Under the pieces are notes generated by a model. It saw nothing but the letters and a program-made list of their open reading frames with translations. It was not told the DNA's origin and ran no database searches. A stretch of DNA of 64,000 bases from a bacterium (GTDB lineage Bacteria; Zhuqueibacterota; Zhuqueibacteria; Residuimicrobiales; Krinioviventaceae): the NCBI GenBank assembly GCA_963675755.2, contig CAXXMD010000002.1:224001-288000 (forward strand). The letters run 5' to 3'. Below are positions 20,501 through 29,755 of the stretch, in pieces (within the stretch, counting starts at the first letter, position 1; each line of letters opens with the position of its first letter). The position numbers and the translations under genes were made by a program.

Positions 20501-23500
20501 CATTTACTGCAAATGTATCAGCAACAGTTAATGTTGTGTCACGTGTAGTTAATAAGCGAATTTCAGTTGCTTCCGGAGTAGAACCAAAGATAAAAAAGGT
20601 CTGTTCGGACTGTAATTCACTGCCATTGTTTTCTGAACTTGCTTTAACAGTATTTATATCCAATACCGGTTTGAAATAGGCCTGTGCAATACCATCGTTG
20701 TTGGTTTGCTGTGTTGTTTCTTCTACCAGGCTGTCATCATCCAGAATAAATTTGCCTTTACTTCCATTATCCGGATAGGTTACTGTAAATGTAACCGGGT
20801 GTCCGCTGATGGGGTAATCATGTCGGTCTGTAACCCTGACTTTGATTGCCTGTGATAAACGTTGGTTGGCTATACCTGTATCGGTAGCTGCGGAAATCTG
20901 TTTGAGATAAAAAGGTTCGCCGGGAATGGTTATCGCTTTAAATTCAACAGGTGAATTTAAAAGAAAAGTACCATTGTGCTTTGCAGTAGCCTGAACGATA
21001 TTGGTGTCGGGATCAATGCTCAGGATCCAGTTAACTCTGGCGATACCATCAGCTCCACTTGTTACTGTAATACTGTCAGCACCGTTAACAGTACCATCAC
21101 CATCAATAATTTTAAACTTGACACTGGTATTCGGAACCGGATTGTTGCGAATATCCAGTACTCTTATTTCAGGTGTCAGTGTGGTGGCATTGTTCGATAA
21201 TATCAAATTGTTCCAGAGACTATCCTGATTGGCTTTGATCTTTTCCGGAGTACCAGGAGTTGCCGTTGCTCTGAAAACAACCGGATCAATATCCGGACGG
21301 TTTTCTATTGTAACCTCTATAGAGTCACTGTTTATACCTGCTGTGAAACCCAGCGTATAAAAAACATGTGCCTGTCCGTTTTCATCTGTAAAACGGGTCA
21401 GTTCTGTTTCTGCGCCAATCTGGCCACCTGTGCTTAACACATTATAAATCACAGCCTGTTCGGGGATTGGGTTGTTATACTGGTCCCGTACTTCAACCAC
21501 CAGAGAATCTTCCAACATGGAACCTATTTGAGCCTGTTGCACCGGAGAATCACCACTAATCTTGACGATTTGGCTGGCAGTATCCGGGATTACAAAACCT
21601 CTGAATGTTACCGGGCTTCCTGTTAACGCTGTCTGCGAATTGTTTTTATTTGCAGTTGCAGTTATCAGGTTGGTTATATTGATATTGGTACCCATTTGAT
21701 AATCAACCTGAGCGATACCCTGGCTGTTGGTGATTGCAGTTACCGGACTGGTTTTATTTGGAAAAAGTCCATTGCCCTGAGTTACCTGAAATTTTACAGA
21801 GTGACCCGGGTAAGGATTGTCATATTCATCTGTTACTCTGACCTGAAGCGCGATCGGGCTGTGTCCCGCACCATAAGTGAATGGTGACGTACTGGCTATT
21901 ATCATGTTCGAAGCCGGGGCAGGGGTAGCTGTGGCTGTATACTGTACTGCTGTAACACCCGGATAATCCGGTAAATAGACACGAATGGTTTGCGTGCCTG
22001 CAACTGTTCCGAGACGATATGTCGCTTCCGCTGTACCATCTGCAGATGTATTTACAATAGTAGAATCCAAAGAAGAAAAACTACCGCCACCGCTAATGGT
22101 TTTAAATACAACTCGAATGCCTGATGACATGTTTGTACCAAATGGATCAACAATTTTAATCTTGAATGGATTCGGCAAAATGGTATTGACCACTGCTGAC
22201 TGGTTTGGTGTATCACCGGATATTTTTATAATCTTGTTTGGTCGCCTTGGTAATACAGTCAAATGGAATGTGTCTGGTGAACTGATCTGCAAGTCAGGAA
22301 TACCTTCAACTTTGACCAGAGTTTCACCTTCATCGTTACCTGCGGCAAAAGTTGTAAGTGCTTTACCCAGTGTGTCTGTTGTTACTGTTTTTATATCATT
22401 TTCAACACTGATTCCTTCTTTGCCTTCAAAGTTTCCATCGCCGTTGATTACTGAAAATCTAACCGTATATGATTCTATACCATTATTATATTGATCGGCA
22501 ATTTTAACAGTCAGGCTATCGCCAAATTGTTTTCCGGCATTTTGTTCCTGTTCGTCTACTTCAAGCATGATCAATTGATAAGGGGAGTCTGGTTTGGCTT
22601 CCGGACGAAAGTAGAGTGGGGCACCGGGTAAATTTACATCAACCATGACCACATTTGTATTAACCCCCGCTGAATCACCTAATGTATAGCTGACCGATGC
22701 TGTACCATCTGCAGATGTGTTTACGGTTTTGCTGTTTCCATTATCATCAAAAAATCCATTTCCTTTTGATACGTTAAATGGAACTGGGTAATTTTCAACA
22801 GGATCACCTTTTTCATCCAGAATTTTAACTGTCAATGGTGTGTTTAATGCATGCATTACGGTTCCGGTTTGGTCTGCGCCCTCAACGACCTGAATTTCTA
22901 CCGGTACACCTTCACCTGCTATACCTCTGAATGTAATAGGTGCAATATTGGGATAACCGGGAAGAGATGCTTGTACAACCGATTCTTCTTCATACCCCAA
23001 GGTAAGTTGAATACTTGCAGTACCATCGCTTTCTGTTGATAAACGTGTGGAATCCACACCCGTACCGTTAAATGTTCCATCTCCTGAAATGACTTTAAAA
23101 TCAACCGGTATCCCCACACATGGATTGGAATAAACATCTTGTAAGAATATGGAAAAGTCAATATCTAATGGACTACCCGCTACACCGGGATAGCTCGGTG
23201 CGGAATTGTAATCTATACCTTGCGGATCAAGTGCTTCCGCATAAACAGAAAACAATTGTGTTGATCCTACTGATACATTTGCATCTGCCTGGACCTGTAC
23301 TGAACCTGCTTGCAAACCAAAAGTGATCTCTGTTCTTGCCAAGCCTGATGCATTTGTAATAAATGAAAAAGGTTGGGTTTCATCACCTTCATTGGTCGGT
23401 GTATAAGATTCATTTCGGGTTAACAGGATTTTGTCAATCTGTGTGCCGGATTCGCGGTTATGTATAAGAAAATCAACAAATCCACTTGGCAGTGAAAATG

Positions 23501-25652
23501 TATTACGTTCTTCGTATGATACCCATTGCCAATAGTCACGTGCGTTAAAGTCCCAACGATATTCCTGAGAGTTATTGACTGATACATAGCAGGAATTGCT
23601 AACTCCGGAGGGAGCATAGACACGAAGCCAAACTTTATAGGTGCCAGATACCGGTATATAGATGTTATATGTTGCAGTACCTTGTTCATTGTTTCCCTGA
23701 CCATATTCGTCAACATAGGGGGTCACAACAATATATTTGTTATCAGATGCTTCAATATCATCCTGCTGGGTCATTGGAAGATCAAGTGTACCACTTTCTG
23801 CTTCAACCCAGACATTGTTGTTAAATTCCTGTTCAATGGAATCTGAATGTGTACTGAGATATCCGACTCCCGCTGTAACTTTGAATTCTACAGGTTCGCC
23901 TGAAACAGGAAGACCATTAATATCCAGGATTTGAACTGTCAGTGAATTTGCGAGCTTTTTGGTTACACGGCCTGATTCATTGTTACCCGCGTACATTTTC
24001 ATTTCATATGCAGGTAGTTGAGGGATTTTTAAAGTAAAATTATCTACAGCATAATCTTTACCACCGTAAAGCATTACTCCTGAATATAATTGATCTGCAT
24101 TACCCTGGGTTTTATTGGTATCGTGAACATTACCAATATAAATGGTTCCGGAAGTCGTGCTATTCAAATATACTTCGAATGAATGACCTGTACTGGAATT
24201 GGGATACCCTTGAACTACAAGTTTGTCTCCCGCGGATGGCACAACACTGGTGGATACAGAGTAGATTTCTGCTTGCTGTATACTTCCGTTTGTAATGGGA
24301 TAGAGGCGCAAACGGTTTGAACGGATAAAAATAAAGTATCCGTTTGCTGTCGATGTGGAATCGTCTAGCATCATGGCAACGCCAATATCGCCAGCCATTC
24401 CATATTCAAAAGTTGTTTCTACATAAGCCGCATTGGGTGAATACGTAGCGCGTTTATAAGTTGCAAGGTCGTTCCAACCACCAACAGTATTTACATTCAC
24501 CAACTGTCCGTTAATAACATCATAACTACCGTCATAATCCCACCAGGTGTTTGTCAGTGTTTCATCACTAAAATCATCTGAATATTCCGGTACTACTTCG
24601 GGCTCTATATATAAATTAAATACCTCAGAAATAGGTCCTTCATTATTTAATTCATCCCAGCAGCGAATATAAAAATGATAAGTAACATCAGATACCAATC
24701 CACTTATTACAACTGATTCAATGGAATTGGGATCAGAAGGTCCATCTACACCGGGTACCAGAATACCATCATTAAATTCCTGCAGGTCAAATTCAGAATA
24801 TCTCAATTCATAGAGGTTGGCTCTGCCGGTATAGTTATCATCACCGGGGGCTCTCCATTGCAGCTGTATTGTACCGGTTTGATTATTCAGCACTTCTCCA
24901 CGAACCCATGTTACCGTACCAGGATCAATGGTGTCACCAGCATTTATGCCTTTGATAACGCGGGCATATTCATCAGCCATTTTTTCATAACCGGATTCAT
25001 TAGGATGTCTTACTTCTGAATAATCTGCCAACTCTAATTTAGAGTACATGTCTACAATTGTCATCTTGTCTACTGCTAGACCGGCAGCTCTGTCGAAAAA
25101 CATGTTTTCAATTTCAGAGTTGAAACTTACAACCTGTGGGTTTTCCAATGTACCATTGTCTTGCTGGGATATGATTTTACAAACAAGAATGCGTTCAACA
25201 CTGGAAAAAGCTGAAGCAAGTTTTAAAACCTGGGCAAGTTTACCGGATGAAGTGTTGGTATTTAGTGTGATTCCATTATCATCAGAATAGGGAGCTGCCT
25301 GATCAGTATAATTATTGGTCCCCAAATGGATCAAAAGCATATTGGGCTTGTAGTTATTAATAGCAGCTTTAATATCTTTGGCAGCACCTTCATAAAACTG
25401 TTCAATCTTGGCTCCGCTCAGAAAAAGTCCGTTATATGGAGAAGAACCATCTGGACCGACAAATTCAAAATCAAGACCCGCGTCGTTTAATTGTTGGTAC
25501 AGATCGTCTCTAAATCCAGGCTCATAAGGATAGCCGTTGGTAATCGAGTTACCTACAGGCATGATCCTCCACCGTGCCGCAAATATATGACATGAAGTTA
25601 AAAGGATAATTAATAAAATCAGTTTAAAGCAATTTTTACATTGCAAAGTCAA
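17562..25652 (-). CDS. 2696-aa secreted surface protein: SGNH hydrolase, FN3, beta-sandwich, CBM-like domain, about 15 bacterial Ig (Big_1-like) repeats, He_PIG/cadherin-like domains, T9SS-type/FlgD-Ig CTD
   Basis: TTG start with GGAGG RBS; signal peptide; GNSIT/GTNN/HPN; WRAPGDD..GRA..YELRYS; repeated D...NPV...V.F...T...G.A; QNFPNPFNP...WNGRND.G..VSSGVYYY. Confidence 0.88.
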   Translation of the reverse strand: MTLQCKNCFKLILLIILLTSCHIFAARWRIMPVGNSITNGYPYEPGFRDDLYQQLNDAGLDFEFVGPDGSSPYNGLFLSGAKIEQFYEGAAKDIKAAINNYKPNMLLIHLGTNNYTDQAAPYSDDNGITLNTNTSSGKLAQVLKLASAFSSVERILVCKIISQQDNGTLENPQVVSFNSEIENMFFDRAAGLAVDKMTIVDMYSKLELADYSEVRHPNESGYEKMADEYARVIKGINAGDTIDPGTVTWVRGEVLNNQTGTIQLQWRAPGDDNYTGRANLYELRYSEFDLQEFNDGILVPGVDGPSDPNSIESVVISGLVSDVTYHFYIRCWDELNNEGPISEVFNLYIEPEVVPEYSDDFSDETLTNTWWDYDGSYDVINGQLVNVNTVGGWNDLATYKRATYSPNAAYVETTFEYGMAGDIGVAMMLDDSTSTANGYFIFIRSNRLRLYPITNGSIQQAEIYSVSTSVVPSAGDKLVVQGYPNSSTGHSFEVYLNSTTSGTIYIGNVHDTNKTQGNADQLYSGVMLYGGKDYAVDNFTLKIPQLPAYEMKMYAGNNESGRVTKKLANSLTVQILDINGLPVSGEPVEFKVTAGVGYLSTHSDSIEQEFNNNVWVEAESGTLDLPMTQQDDIEASDNKYIVVTPYVDEYGQGNNEQGTATYNIYIPVSGTYKVWLRVYAPSGVSNSCYVSVNNSQEYRWDFNARDYWQWVSYEERNTFSLPSGFVDFLIHNRESGTQIDKILLTRNESYTPTNEGDETQPFSFITNASGLARTEITFGLQAGSVQVQADANVSVGSTQLFSVYAEALDPQGIDYNSAPSYPGVAGSPLDIDFSIFLQDVYSNPCVGIPVDFKVISGDGTFNGTGVDSTRLSTESDGTASIQLTLGYEEESVVQASLPGYPNIAPITFRGIAGEGVPVEIQVVEGADQTGTVMHALNTPLTVKILDEKGDPVENYPVPFNVSKGNGFFDDNGNSKTVNTSADGTASVSYTLGDSAGVNTNVVMVDVNLPGAPLYFRPEAKPDSPYQLIMLEVDEQEQNAGKQFGDSLTVKIADQYNNGIESYTVRFSVINGDGNFEGKEGISVENDIKTVTTDTLGKALTTFAAGNDEGETLVKVEGIPDLQISSPDTFHLTVLPRRPNKIIKISGDTPNQSAVVNTILPNPFKIKIVDPFGTNMSSGIRVVFKTISGGGSFSSLDSTIVNTSADGTAEATYRLGTVAGTQTIRVYLPDYPGVTAVQYTATATPAPASNMIIASTSPFTYGAGHSPIALQVRVTDEYDNPYPGHSVKFQVTQGNGLFPNKTSPVTAITNSQGIAQVDYQMGTNINITNLITATANKNNSQTALTGSPVTFRGFVIPDTASQIVKISGDSPVQQAQIGSMLEDSLVVEVRDQYNNPIPEQAVIYNVLSTGGQIGAETELTRFTDENGQAHVFYTLGFTAGINSDSIEVTIENRPDIDPVVFRATATPGTPEKIKANQDSLWNNLILSNNATTLTPEIRVLDIRNNPVPNTSVKFKIIDGDGTVNGADSITVTSGADGIARVNWILSIDPDTNIVQATAKHNGTFLLNSPVEFKAITIPGEPFYLKQISAATDTGIANQRLSQAIKVRVTDRHDYPISGHPVTFTVTYPDNGSKGKFILDDDSLVEETTQQTNNDGIAQAYFKPVLDINTVKASSENNGSELQSEQTFFIFGSTPEATEIRLLTTRDTTLTVADTFAVNVGAYDLDGDPVDKHNVNYKVIKGGGRLESTTIDKSFQGTLNGVATENWILGTDINTENWLEISSSNDDVHLAGSPDTVKVTLRAGTPFADSTQINAIQDVVADGVESSQVTIRLRDKYNNPVSGKMVELNADDQGVTIINPTLATNNSGETTGQVKSTIADTVTVDVLLAENSKALGSIDINFVPDDASQIDAIAGTDQTGNKGAVLNKPFGAHVTDLNGNPIKNVDIVFQTQVGDGYHKESGLQSYTTKSDSAGNAYANWVLGPNTGTQLVLAYIKSLGQSSQVAEFSITSRDAVPPYKLTDYTGELSGTVGEEMENPIRIKVYDSDSLAVAGASVTFTKSVDDAEFIGDNPATSNFLGCSEINYIPGMVSGPQQIKANVTNDETFIWVTVTAQSDSAVDLLALSATTVTDTVGMVIADTLIIKAIDKHDNPVPGTKIVFNVADAPTDEHHAEFLNADTLLTDMNGMAKGILELGQIVGEYTITAKSPELDDIQVIFNIQAVHGRPSRLNMVSGNNQVMTKNRFLVYPNVVKLTDSYGNKVSDELVYFQPKDFIGSVSSTKDTTDSMGLASCFWQLGDQAENVLWASKPGTNPDYLEFIATGVSNAFPVFTNLTHKDSVDYTEGQYQYQIIASDDDDDPLIFSVKNLPANSSFDPNTGVFTWMPKANQKKTWDIVFEVYDNKPDSEQGFDIDSLTIVITGNSAPQIVYKDPPQSVLDVPQGGSQKFTILAKDDDSDPLTFTWYLDDTEVGTGSEFLFVAAEHPGSYSLKCVVSDGEYTDEVTWGQVTKVELQSFSAIHEPYKGVILDWETANEVDNLGFFIYRSLTKEGEYAQLNNKLIPTRKDGQYSYSDTTTVPGRTYFYKLVDMSISGWSGEHGPVSLETAYPKTFQVHQNFPNPFNPVTRIRFDLPKVMQTRIEIFNIMGQQVATLVNNKMDPGYHEIEWNGRNDQGTIVSSGVYYYRIIAGEYKEIKKMAFVK

Positions 25653-25948
25653 GAGAGACCTCCGGAATTTTATTATAATTTATGAATATTCCGATCAGTT
25701 TTTTGCAAAGATTATACCTTTAATCTGGCCGGATTTTGATAATTTATGTACAATAAATTTATATTTTATAAAATAATTTGTGAATTTGTGATGATGCAAG
25801 TTCAATAATAACAGTTTGTTGTTGTACAGTGATTATTGTGGGGTAATTATACGAAAATAAAAATTAATAATTAAATTTTTGGATAATTAATCCTAAATAA
25901 AAACTGTACCAATTGAAAACGATTTATGCTTCATTGTCGTACAAGTAA

Positions 25949-26554
25949 TTAAAATAAAAAGTTTAGTTTGAATGACAATTTAGGTCCACTGTAATTATCG
26001 GTTTCTCCGACTTTTTGAGAAAATTTTGCATACAGGTAAGCATATTCAGCGGTAAATGCAAATCTTGAAAATAAATACAGGTTCACACCCGTCCCCACAT
26101 TAAATCCAAATCCTGCCCGGTCAAGGGGGATATTGGAATTATCAGCACCCATTGGAACTTGTCTGGACCAAATGCCGGCTATTCCATAATTAACAAATGG
26201 GCAAATACGTGATTGTGTTAAAATATAATTTTTCAATTCAACAGATAAATGTCGTAAAGAGACATAATCCAGTTCAATGTCTTCAAGCTCGTTTTGTTTC
26301 CAATACATAAATGCTAAGCGGATTGCATAGCTTTTGATAGATGGAGAAGTTAAAGAAACACCCATATAATTGTCAGCCCCTTTAATATTATCAAAGGGTT
26401 TTGACGAATTCTGGTCCAGTGCGCTTGGTTTCCAAACACCATAGTCAAAGGCAACATTACCTCTGGTGAAATGTTCCTCTGCAAGTGCATTTGAAAATCC
26501 CAGTGTGATGATAAAAAGTATTAATAAATAAATATATATACGAAAGCAGCTCAA
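25949..26554 (-). CDS. Small outer-membrane beta-barrel protein
   Basis: Signal peptide; PFVNYGIAG, GFGFNVGTG alternating strands; C-terminal Phe. Confidence 0.7.
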   Translation of the reverse strand: MSCFRIYIYLLILFIITLGFSNALAEEHFTRGNVAFDYGVWKPSALDQNSSKPFDNIKGADNYMGVSLTSPSIKSYAIRLAFMYWKQNELEDIELDYVSLRHLSVELKNYILTQSRICPFVNYGIAGIWSRQVPMGADNSNIPLDRAGFGFNVGTGVNLYLFSRFAFTAEYAYLYAKFSQKVGETDNYSGPKLSFKLNFLF

Positions 26555-26610
26555 GAAAACCTCGTTAATTCAAAAGAAATGGCAAACAGTAAAAGTAATG
26601 ATATATTTTA

Positions 26611-26934
26611 TTATTTTTCTGAATCCGGTTGAAAACCAAATTGTTTAACCTGACCCATATCCTGTTTTAAATCATTTATTTCACCAAACTGCTCTTCATA
26701 TTTTTTGATATTTTCCTGCATTGCTTTTAAAAATGATTTTGCATGCTGAGGTGTCATTATTATCCTTGAATAGACTTTGGTTTTGGGAACACCTGGTACA
26801 ATTCGAGTAAAATCAATTATAAATTCAGCAGGGGAATGTGAGATTAATGCTAAATTAGAATAAATGCCTTCTGCTTCTTTTTCACCCAATTGAATGTTTA
26901 TTTGATGAGGTGGTGTCGGTTGATTAGAATTCAT
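26611..26934 (-). CDS. DUF3467 family protein
   Basis: AEGIYSNLALISHSPAEFIIDF...SRIIMTPQHAK...YE.QFG.I; ATG 26934 after a GGAG RBS. Confidence 0.88.
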   Translation of the reverse strand: MNSNQPTPPHQINIQLGEKEAEGIYSNLALISHSPAEFIIDFTRIVPGVPKTKVYSRIIMTPQHAKSFLKAMQENIKKYEEQFGEINDLKQDMGQVKQFGFQPDSEK

Positions 26935-27100
26935 GATATCTCCATCTTTATTTAGTTTATAAATTAACAATTTTTTAGTTCAACACAAATATTTTTTTAT
27001 ATTGTTATGTTACCATTTTTTATCTTACAGGTTCCAGTTTTTCGTTGTATTTCGTAATGATTTTCACTACAATTTAATTTATGATTAAATCAGGTAGAAA

Positions 27101-29104
27101 ATGAAGCACATCTTTTGGCTGTTGTTAGCAACCCTATTTTTTTCAATTTCCTGTGACAAAATTCCATTTTGGGGCAGCAAATCATTTTATACACATAAAA
27201 TTGATGATAATAATGGTGTATATTTATTATCCGAAAATTTTCCTTTACATGCAGATGGTAAAACTGATGATTCTGAAGCAATTCAGGCAGCCATTGATTA
27301 CGTCCAAAAATATAATGGTTTTGGGATTGTTTTTATTCCTTCCGGTCAATATGCTATTCATAATCCTGTTTATGTCTGGCGGGGTATCCGTTTAATTGGT
27401 TATGGCCGTAAGCGTCCTCAATTTATATTACCTGAAAATACACACGGTTATCAATCTCAAAAACAGTATATGGTCCAGTTTATGGATCGAAAACCATTAC
27501 TGGATCAAGAACCTGTAGATGCCGGTAATACAACTTTTTACTCGGGTATTAGCAATATCGACTTGAAAATTGAAAAAGGAAATCCTTCCGCAGTAGGTAT
27601 ACGTTTCAATGCTGCCCAGCTTTCTTCACTTGAGCACATGGATTTCAAGATTGAATCAGGTATTGCCGCTGTTGAACAGGCTGGAAGCCAGATTTTTGAT
27701 TGTAAATTCAATGGTGGTGGATTCGGATTAACATTGGATGGCTCATCATCAGGTGCACAGACATTGATCATGAACTGTAAATTCAGTAACCATGACCAGG
27801 CCGGTATTTTAACCTGTGATGCCGGTTTAACGGTAATTGGATGTGGGTTTGAAAATATGTCACATGCAATTGTGGTAAGAGAGAACAGGGTGGAAAAATT
27901 ATATATTCAGGATACCTACTGTAAAAATGTTACAGTCAGTGCAGTCTTGACCAGCAAATACAATAGTCCGGACAATTATATCCTCATGGATACATTCCAG
28001 TGTGCCAATACACCCAATGTGTTGTTATTCAGAGATCGTAATACTCCGGTAAGTATTAACGAACAGTTTTTTCAGATCAATGAATTATACCATGGTTTAC
28101 TTATAGACAGACAGGTTGCCAACAAGTACAATAAAAGTATTCGTACAAAATATGGTTATAATGTACTAGAGGATCTTGATGATCCTGTTGAATTCAAAGT
28201 ACCACGATTGCCCGGATCTAATAACTGGTTCAATGTGCAAGAGTATGGGGCTATAGGAGATGCATATACAGATAATACCATTGCTTTCAACAAAGCAATT
28301 ACAGATCATAAAACCATTTATTTGCCAATGGGATTATATGTAATATCTGAGCCCCTTGTATTGCGTAAAAATACAAAAATTGTGGGATTACATCCCAAAG
28401 CTACTCAGATAATATTGTTAGACAATACAGCAAAATTTAGTAATCCTGATTCTTTAGAGCCAATGGTCATTGCTCCTGAGAATGGTAAAAACATGATATC
28501 CGGAATTGGCTTTAATGCCGGATTGAATCCCGGAACTGTTCAATTGAGATGGATGGCGGGACGACATTCCTATTTAAATGATATCTGGTTTGAGTGGGGT
28601 GGACAAGGCGATACCCAGCAAGATAAAGAGTTTTCTTCCAGTTTGCGGATTGATAATAATGGCGGTGGTTTTTTCAAAAATATATGGTGTGCTAACCTTT
28701 TTGCCAATACCAGTGTTATGATTCAAAACACCCAGACTCCTGGTCAGGTATATTTGATGGGTACTGAAAACAATCATCGGAATATTGCAATTCAAAATGT
28801 TGAAAACTGGAACATGACGGCCATTCAATGTGAAGAGAATATGGGGCGCCAGCAATCTTTGATGATTGATGTGCGTCAAGACAGTCGTGTTAATTTTAAC
28901 AATGTATTTGTAAAACGTGAAATTACTTTAAAAAAAGATAATAATTTTAGTTTGCGTTTGGATGAAAATAGTTCAGTTGTCATTCGTGGAATGCATAATA
29001 GTTCATGGGGCAATGTTCCATTTGACACTGCTGTTTTCTATACCGGGCAACAATTATTAATTTCTGAAAAAGATTTTTCATACACCAGGGTACCAAATCA
29101 TTAA
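27101..29104 (+). CDS. Lipoprotein with two pectate_lyase_3-type beta-helix domains (GH55-like architecture)
   Basis: Lipobox SISC; ADGKTDDSEAIQAAI..FIPSGQY and NVQEYGAIGD..TDNT.AF...IYLPMGLY. Confidence 0.75.
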   Translation: MKHIFWLLLATLFFSISCDKIPFWGSKSFYTHKIDDNNGVYLLSENFPLHADGKTDDSEAIQAAIDYVQKYNGFGIVFIPSGQYAIHNPVYVWRGIRLIGYGRKRPQFILPENTHGYQSQKQYMVQFMDRKPLLDQEPVDAGNTTFYSGISNIDLKIEKGNPSAVGIRFNAAQLSSLEHMDFKIESGIAAVEQAGSQIFDCKFNGGGFGLTLDGSSSGAQTLIMNCKFSNHDQAGILTCDAGLTVIGCGFENMSHAIVVRENRVEKLYIQDTYCKNVTVSAVLTSKYNSPDNYILMDTFQCANTPNVLLFRDRNTPVSINEQFFQINELYHGLLIDRQVANKYNKSIRTKYGYNVLEDLDDPVEFKVPRLPGSNNWFNVQEYGAIGDAYTDNTIAFNKAITDHKTIYLPMGLYVISEPLVLRKNTKIVGLHPKATQIILLDNTAKFSNPDSLEPMVIAPENGKNMISGIGFNAGLNPGTVQLRWMAGRHSYLNDIWFEWGGQGDTQQDKEFSSSLRIDNNGGGFFKNIWCANLFANTSVMIQNTQTPGQVYLMGTENNHRNIAIQNVENWNMTAIQCEENMGRQQSLMIDVRQDSRVNFNNVFVKREITLKKDNNFSLRLDENSSVVIRGMHNSSWGNVPFDTAVFYTGQQLLISEKDFSYTRVPNH

Positions 29105-29120
29105 AAAAAATCATTTTTTC

Positions 29121-29151
29121 TGCAAACCATTTCCGTGTTTATCTGTCTAAA
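29121..29151 (+). promoter_or_regulatory. Putative ECF sigma autoregulatory promoter
   Basis: CAAACC (29123-29128) N16 GTCTAA (29145-29150), 23 bp before the sigma ATG. Confidence 0.5.
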
Positions 29152-29173
29152 TAGACAAGAAGCGAGAGAATAC

Positions 29174-29746
29174 ATGGAATTCAATGAAATAGAATTAATT
29201 AAACAAGCCCAGTCAGGTGATACAACTGCATTTACCAGGTTGATGGAAATGCATGATCGTAGTGTATGGCAGGTAATTTATCATATGCTGGGAAACGTGC
29301 AAGATACTCAGGATCTGTATCAGGATACATTCCTCCGTGCATTTGAAAAAATTGGTACTTTTCGTTTTGCAAGTTCGTTCAAGAGTTGGATTGTACGGAT
29401 AGGTATTAATCTATGTATTAATCATCGCAAACGGAAACGTATTGTAAAATGGATATCAATTTTTGATACGGTTGATGATACAGATAAAACTTTACAATGG
29501 ATGGATACCAAAGTGTTAAATCCGGATGAAAAACTGTCTCAGACGCAAATCAAAGAACATATTGTATCTGCAATGGATACTTTGTCACACCGCGAACGGG
29601 CAGTTTTTGTATTGAAACAGATTGAAGGATACAAAATCCAGGAGATTGCTAAAACTCTCAACTGTGCTGAAGGCACAGTGAAGAATTATTTGTTTCGTGC
29701 AACACAAAAAATGAAAAAGGGGCTTACACCTGTACTAAGAGCCTGA
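29174..29746 (+). CDS. ECF RNA polymerase sigma factor
   Basis: AQSGD..AF..L, QDLYQDTFLRAF, SFKSWI.RI..N, region 4 EIA..L....GTVK..LFRA. Confidence 0.95.
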   Translation: MEFNEIELIKQAQSGDTTAFTRLMEMHDRSVWQVIYHMLGNVQDTQDLYQDTFLRAFEKIGTFRFASSFKSWIVRIGINLCINHRKRKRIVKWISIFDTVDDTDKTLQWMDTKVLNPDEKLSQTQIKEHIVSAMDTLSHRERAVFVLKQIEGYKIQEIAKTLNCAEGTVKNYLFRATQKMKKGLTPVLRA

Positions 29747-29755
29747 GGAAATGTT

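Noticed and set aside
16668-22494. Longer antisense ORFs (16668-17147, 19659-20180, 21985-22494)
   Set aside because: Shadow ORFs opposite well-supported genes, with no motifs or RBS
25653-25948. Long AT-rich intergenic region (also 59074-59302) as a possible ncRNA or riboswitch
   Set aside because: No stable GC-rich stems or recognisable riboswitch/tRNA motifs seen by eye; an Rfam search would be needed to exclude this fully
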